This document shows positions 7,459 through 9,516 of a DNA stretch of 9,516 nucleotides, in pieces. Location: positions 1-9,516 of the forward strand of contig JBHGNT010001355.1 of NCBI GenBank assembly GCA_043228905.1. Reading direction: 5' to 3'. Position numbers and translations under genes: made by a program. Positions within the stretch are counted from its first letter, which is position 1. Each line of letters opens with the position of its first letter. A model generated the notes under the pieces. The model saw only the letters and a program-made list of their open reading frames with translations, had not been told where the DNA came from and did no database searches. This DNA comes from Azolla caroliniana. Taxonomy: Eukaryota > Plantae > Polypodiophyta.

Positions 7459-8299
7459 CCTAGAAAGGTATTTGGTTATTCCTCCTCAACCTGTGAGTAC
7501 AAGCCATGTTTAGTATACCATAACTATAACCATTATTGGATTGGTACGCCATTAGTATTAGTAGGGATCAATTAGTATTAGTCCTAGGGCTTGTTTACTT
7601 GCATTTGGTAGTATTGACACTTTGTAGTCATATTTTTAAGGCTATGCCAATAAATATAAAACTTGATGTAGGACTAGACTATATGAACCCATTTTCAATT
7701 CAACCTCAAGATGTTTTATGCATTCTCACCCTTTAAAATATCTAACCTGTCAAAATATTTATTTAGTACCCCTAACTGATAACGTTGAAAATTTGTGTAC
7801 CCTTGTCTAAGTCATTAATGGATCTAAACCCAAAGATAAACAAGCTCTAAAACTCCATCAGATTCTAGCACATACTATTCATGGCCACCCCACATATAGG
7901 TTTTGTTCTTAGTCCAAGGAAAAATGAGATAAAGCTTTCCTTTGTGATTGGTTGAGATACTATCATAGTATATATGATTTTTATTTCAACACTAACCCTT
8001 GACGAACTAGATCCTTAACACACCATTAACACACCATTTTGATTTGCAAAATTGATTAGGAAGAGCCTTGACTGGAAAAATACCACGAGCTTGGTACATG
8101 AAGTGAACCAAAGGACACTACTCACTATTATAGTTGTGGATATTTTCTGGATTTAACAAAAAAAAAATCTTTTCTTTTCCGTCATTTTCATTTTTTCGAG
8201 AGATGTTTGCTTAGTGATGACGAAGATGACAATGATGATTATTAATGAAACCATGCTTCAAAGAAGAGAGAGATGGAGCCGAATATTTTAATACGGTTT

Positions 8300-8772
8300 G
8301 TGCCCAAATGTTTGAAGGACCTAACTATGTCACTCATTTCGGAAACCATAAAAAAGACGCCCCAATAATAAGAGAAAACCCATAGGAATTGGTCTTCAAG
8401 AGAATCATGATCAAAGTTTAAGGCTTTTAGGGTTTGTAATCTAGAATTCCTTGGGTTTTGGTTTGACAAGAACTTTCTTTAATAAATGTAAAGATCAAAT
8501 CAATTTAAACACATGGGACACATAGCTTCATTGCAAATCATTTTTGACATGACATGGATCTACCAAAACTAAAAACATATGATTGGCATGATTTTGTAGA
8601 GATAATTCTCATTCACCAAGTTGATCAATAGAATAAGATTATGATGATTGTTTTTGAGCAGTTTGATGATTCCTTTTGGCTCAGTTAAAGCTTGAGATTC
8701 CTTAATCAATTTGAGCTTGGTTTTGTCTGGCTTGAATCTTTTTGGTTCACTTCTCAGCATACTACCAAACAC
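8300..8772 (-). pseudogene. Possible highly decayed copia gag fragment
   Basis: Minus-strand MLRSEPKRFKP...IKESQAL resembles the copia gag motif ILRSLP.RF.PKVTAIEESKDL; downstream EMSDIVRSFKHL resembles E.MALIVRKFK; weak and by eye only. Confidence 0.3.
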
Positions 8773-9516
8773 TTGTAAACTTCAACTAAAATCTTAAGAC
8801 TTAGTCTAACCTTATTACTCACTTAAATATAGATGCGATAGCACTTACACAATGAACAAGAAAAGCACGGAGAGAAAGCAACAAGACAACCAATTGAGGG
8901 ATAAGAAACGCTTCTCAAGAGCTATAACCACAAGCCCAAAATCTTAACATAAATATTTTAAGGTTTAGATTATTACGAAATTACATTACATAATAGAGCT
9001 ATATCTAATGAGAGATAAGAAGAAAAGCTTAATACTACCTCCAACTTTTATAATGCAATTAGCATTTATCAATTCTTTTCACTTTCTACAAGTCTCTTTT
9101 CATTAATTCCTTATATTAGAAGCTACAACTGTATGGATGTATTCCCAGGTAACATTAGTTCCATCATTCCCAGGTAACATCCAGGGTACAAAAATATGGA
9201 TCTATTAGTGTATATATGCTTGTATGGATGTGTTTGCTTATGTACATGTGATATTGGATAGCTCATCGATGTAGTTCCCATCTCACTTTGCAATTAGAAA
9301 CCTCAATAATATATATACCAAGGTCTTCATGTTTCTCAGACTTTCTATTTTTTATTTCAATTGCACTGTAGGTAGTACATCCTGTTTTCTGTTCATCTCA
9401 AATGCCTTTTTTAGAGATTTTATTTATGTTGAAAGTTATTTACCAAAACTAGAGGCACTGTTCACTGCAGACGATATAGAAGGCTTTCCCAACACCCAAA
9501 ATTTTTAAAAGCTGAT

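Noticed and set aside
6659-7575. ORFs of 82-142 aa in the nested LTR
   Set aside because: Low-complexity translations of the tandem repeat and AAACCCT-rich sequence
7551-9180. Short direct duplications (ATTAGTATTAGT x2 near 7551, TTAACACACCA x2 near 8015, ATTCCCAGGTAACAT x2 at 9141 and 9166)
   Set aside because: Real but ordinary slippage or repair duplications in AT-rich intergenic DNA
7760-9195. Mutator/MITE terminal inverted repeats (ATTTGTGTACCCT near 7791 vs AGGGTACAAAAAT near 9183)
   Set aside because: Only one ~13-bp imperfect match, with no extended TIR or target duplication

Overview
Plant nuclear DNA. Positions 230-2949 (minus strand) hold the first nine coding exons of an apparently intact SULTR (SLC26/SulP) sulfate transporter, SULTR1/2-like. 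All introns are GT-AG and in frame, giving 566 codons in the window; the rest of the STAS domain lies off the left edge. Directly upstream is a ~320-bp tandem duplication (3003-3640) in which each copy carries a TATA box, a nearly invariant putative non-coding first exon and a GTAAGT splice donor, so the gene may have two core promoters. A UPE-box/TEBS-like cluster (candidate SLIM1/EIL site) lies at 4272-4294. Further upstream is a decayed Ty1/copia (Tto1/Tnt1-like) element with LTR end, tRNA-iMet PBS and pseudogenised gag. It appears internally deleted, leaving 23 bp of its 3' LTR, and is interrupted by a ~967-bp reverse-oriented probable solo LTR. That LTR contains a 178-bp TATA-bearing tandem duplication, six telo-boxes and a perfect 35-bp-arm palindrome. 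The remainder is AT-rich intergenic or decayed TE sequence. All calls come from reading the sequence by eye; no searches were run.
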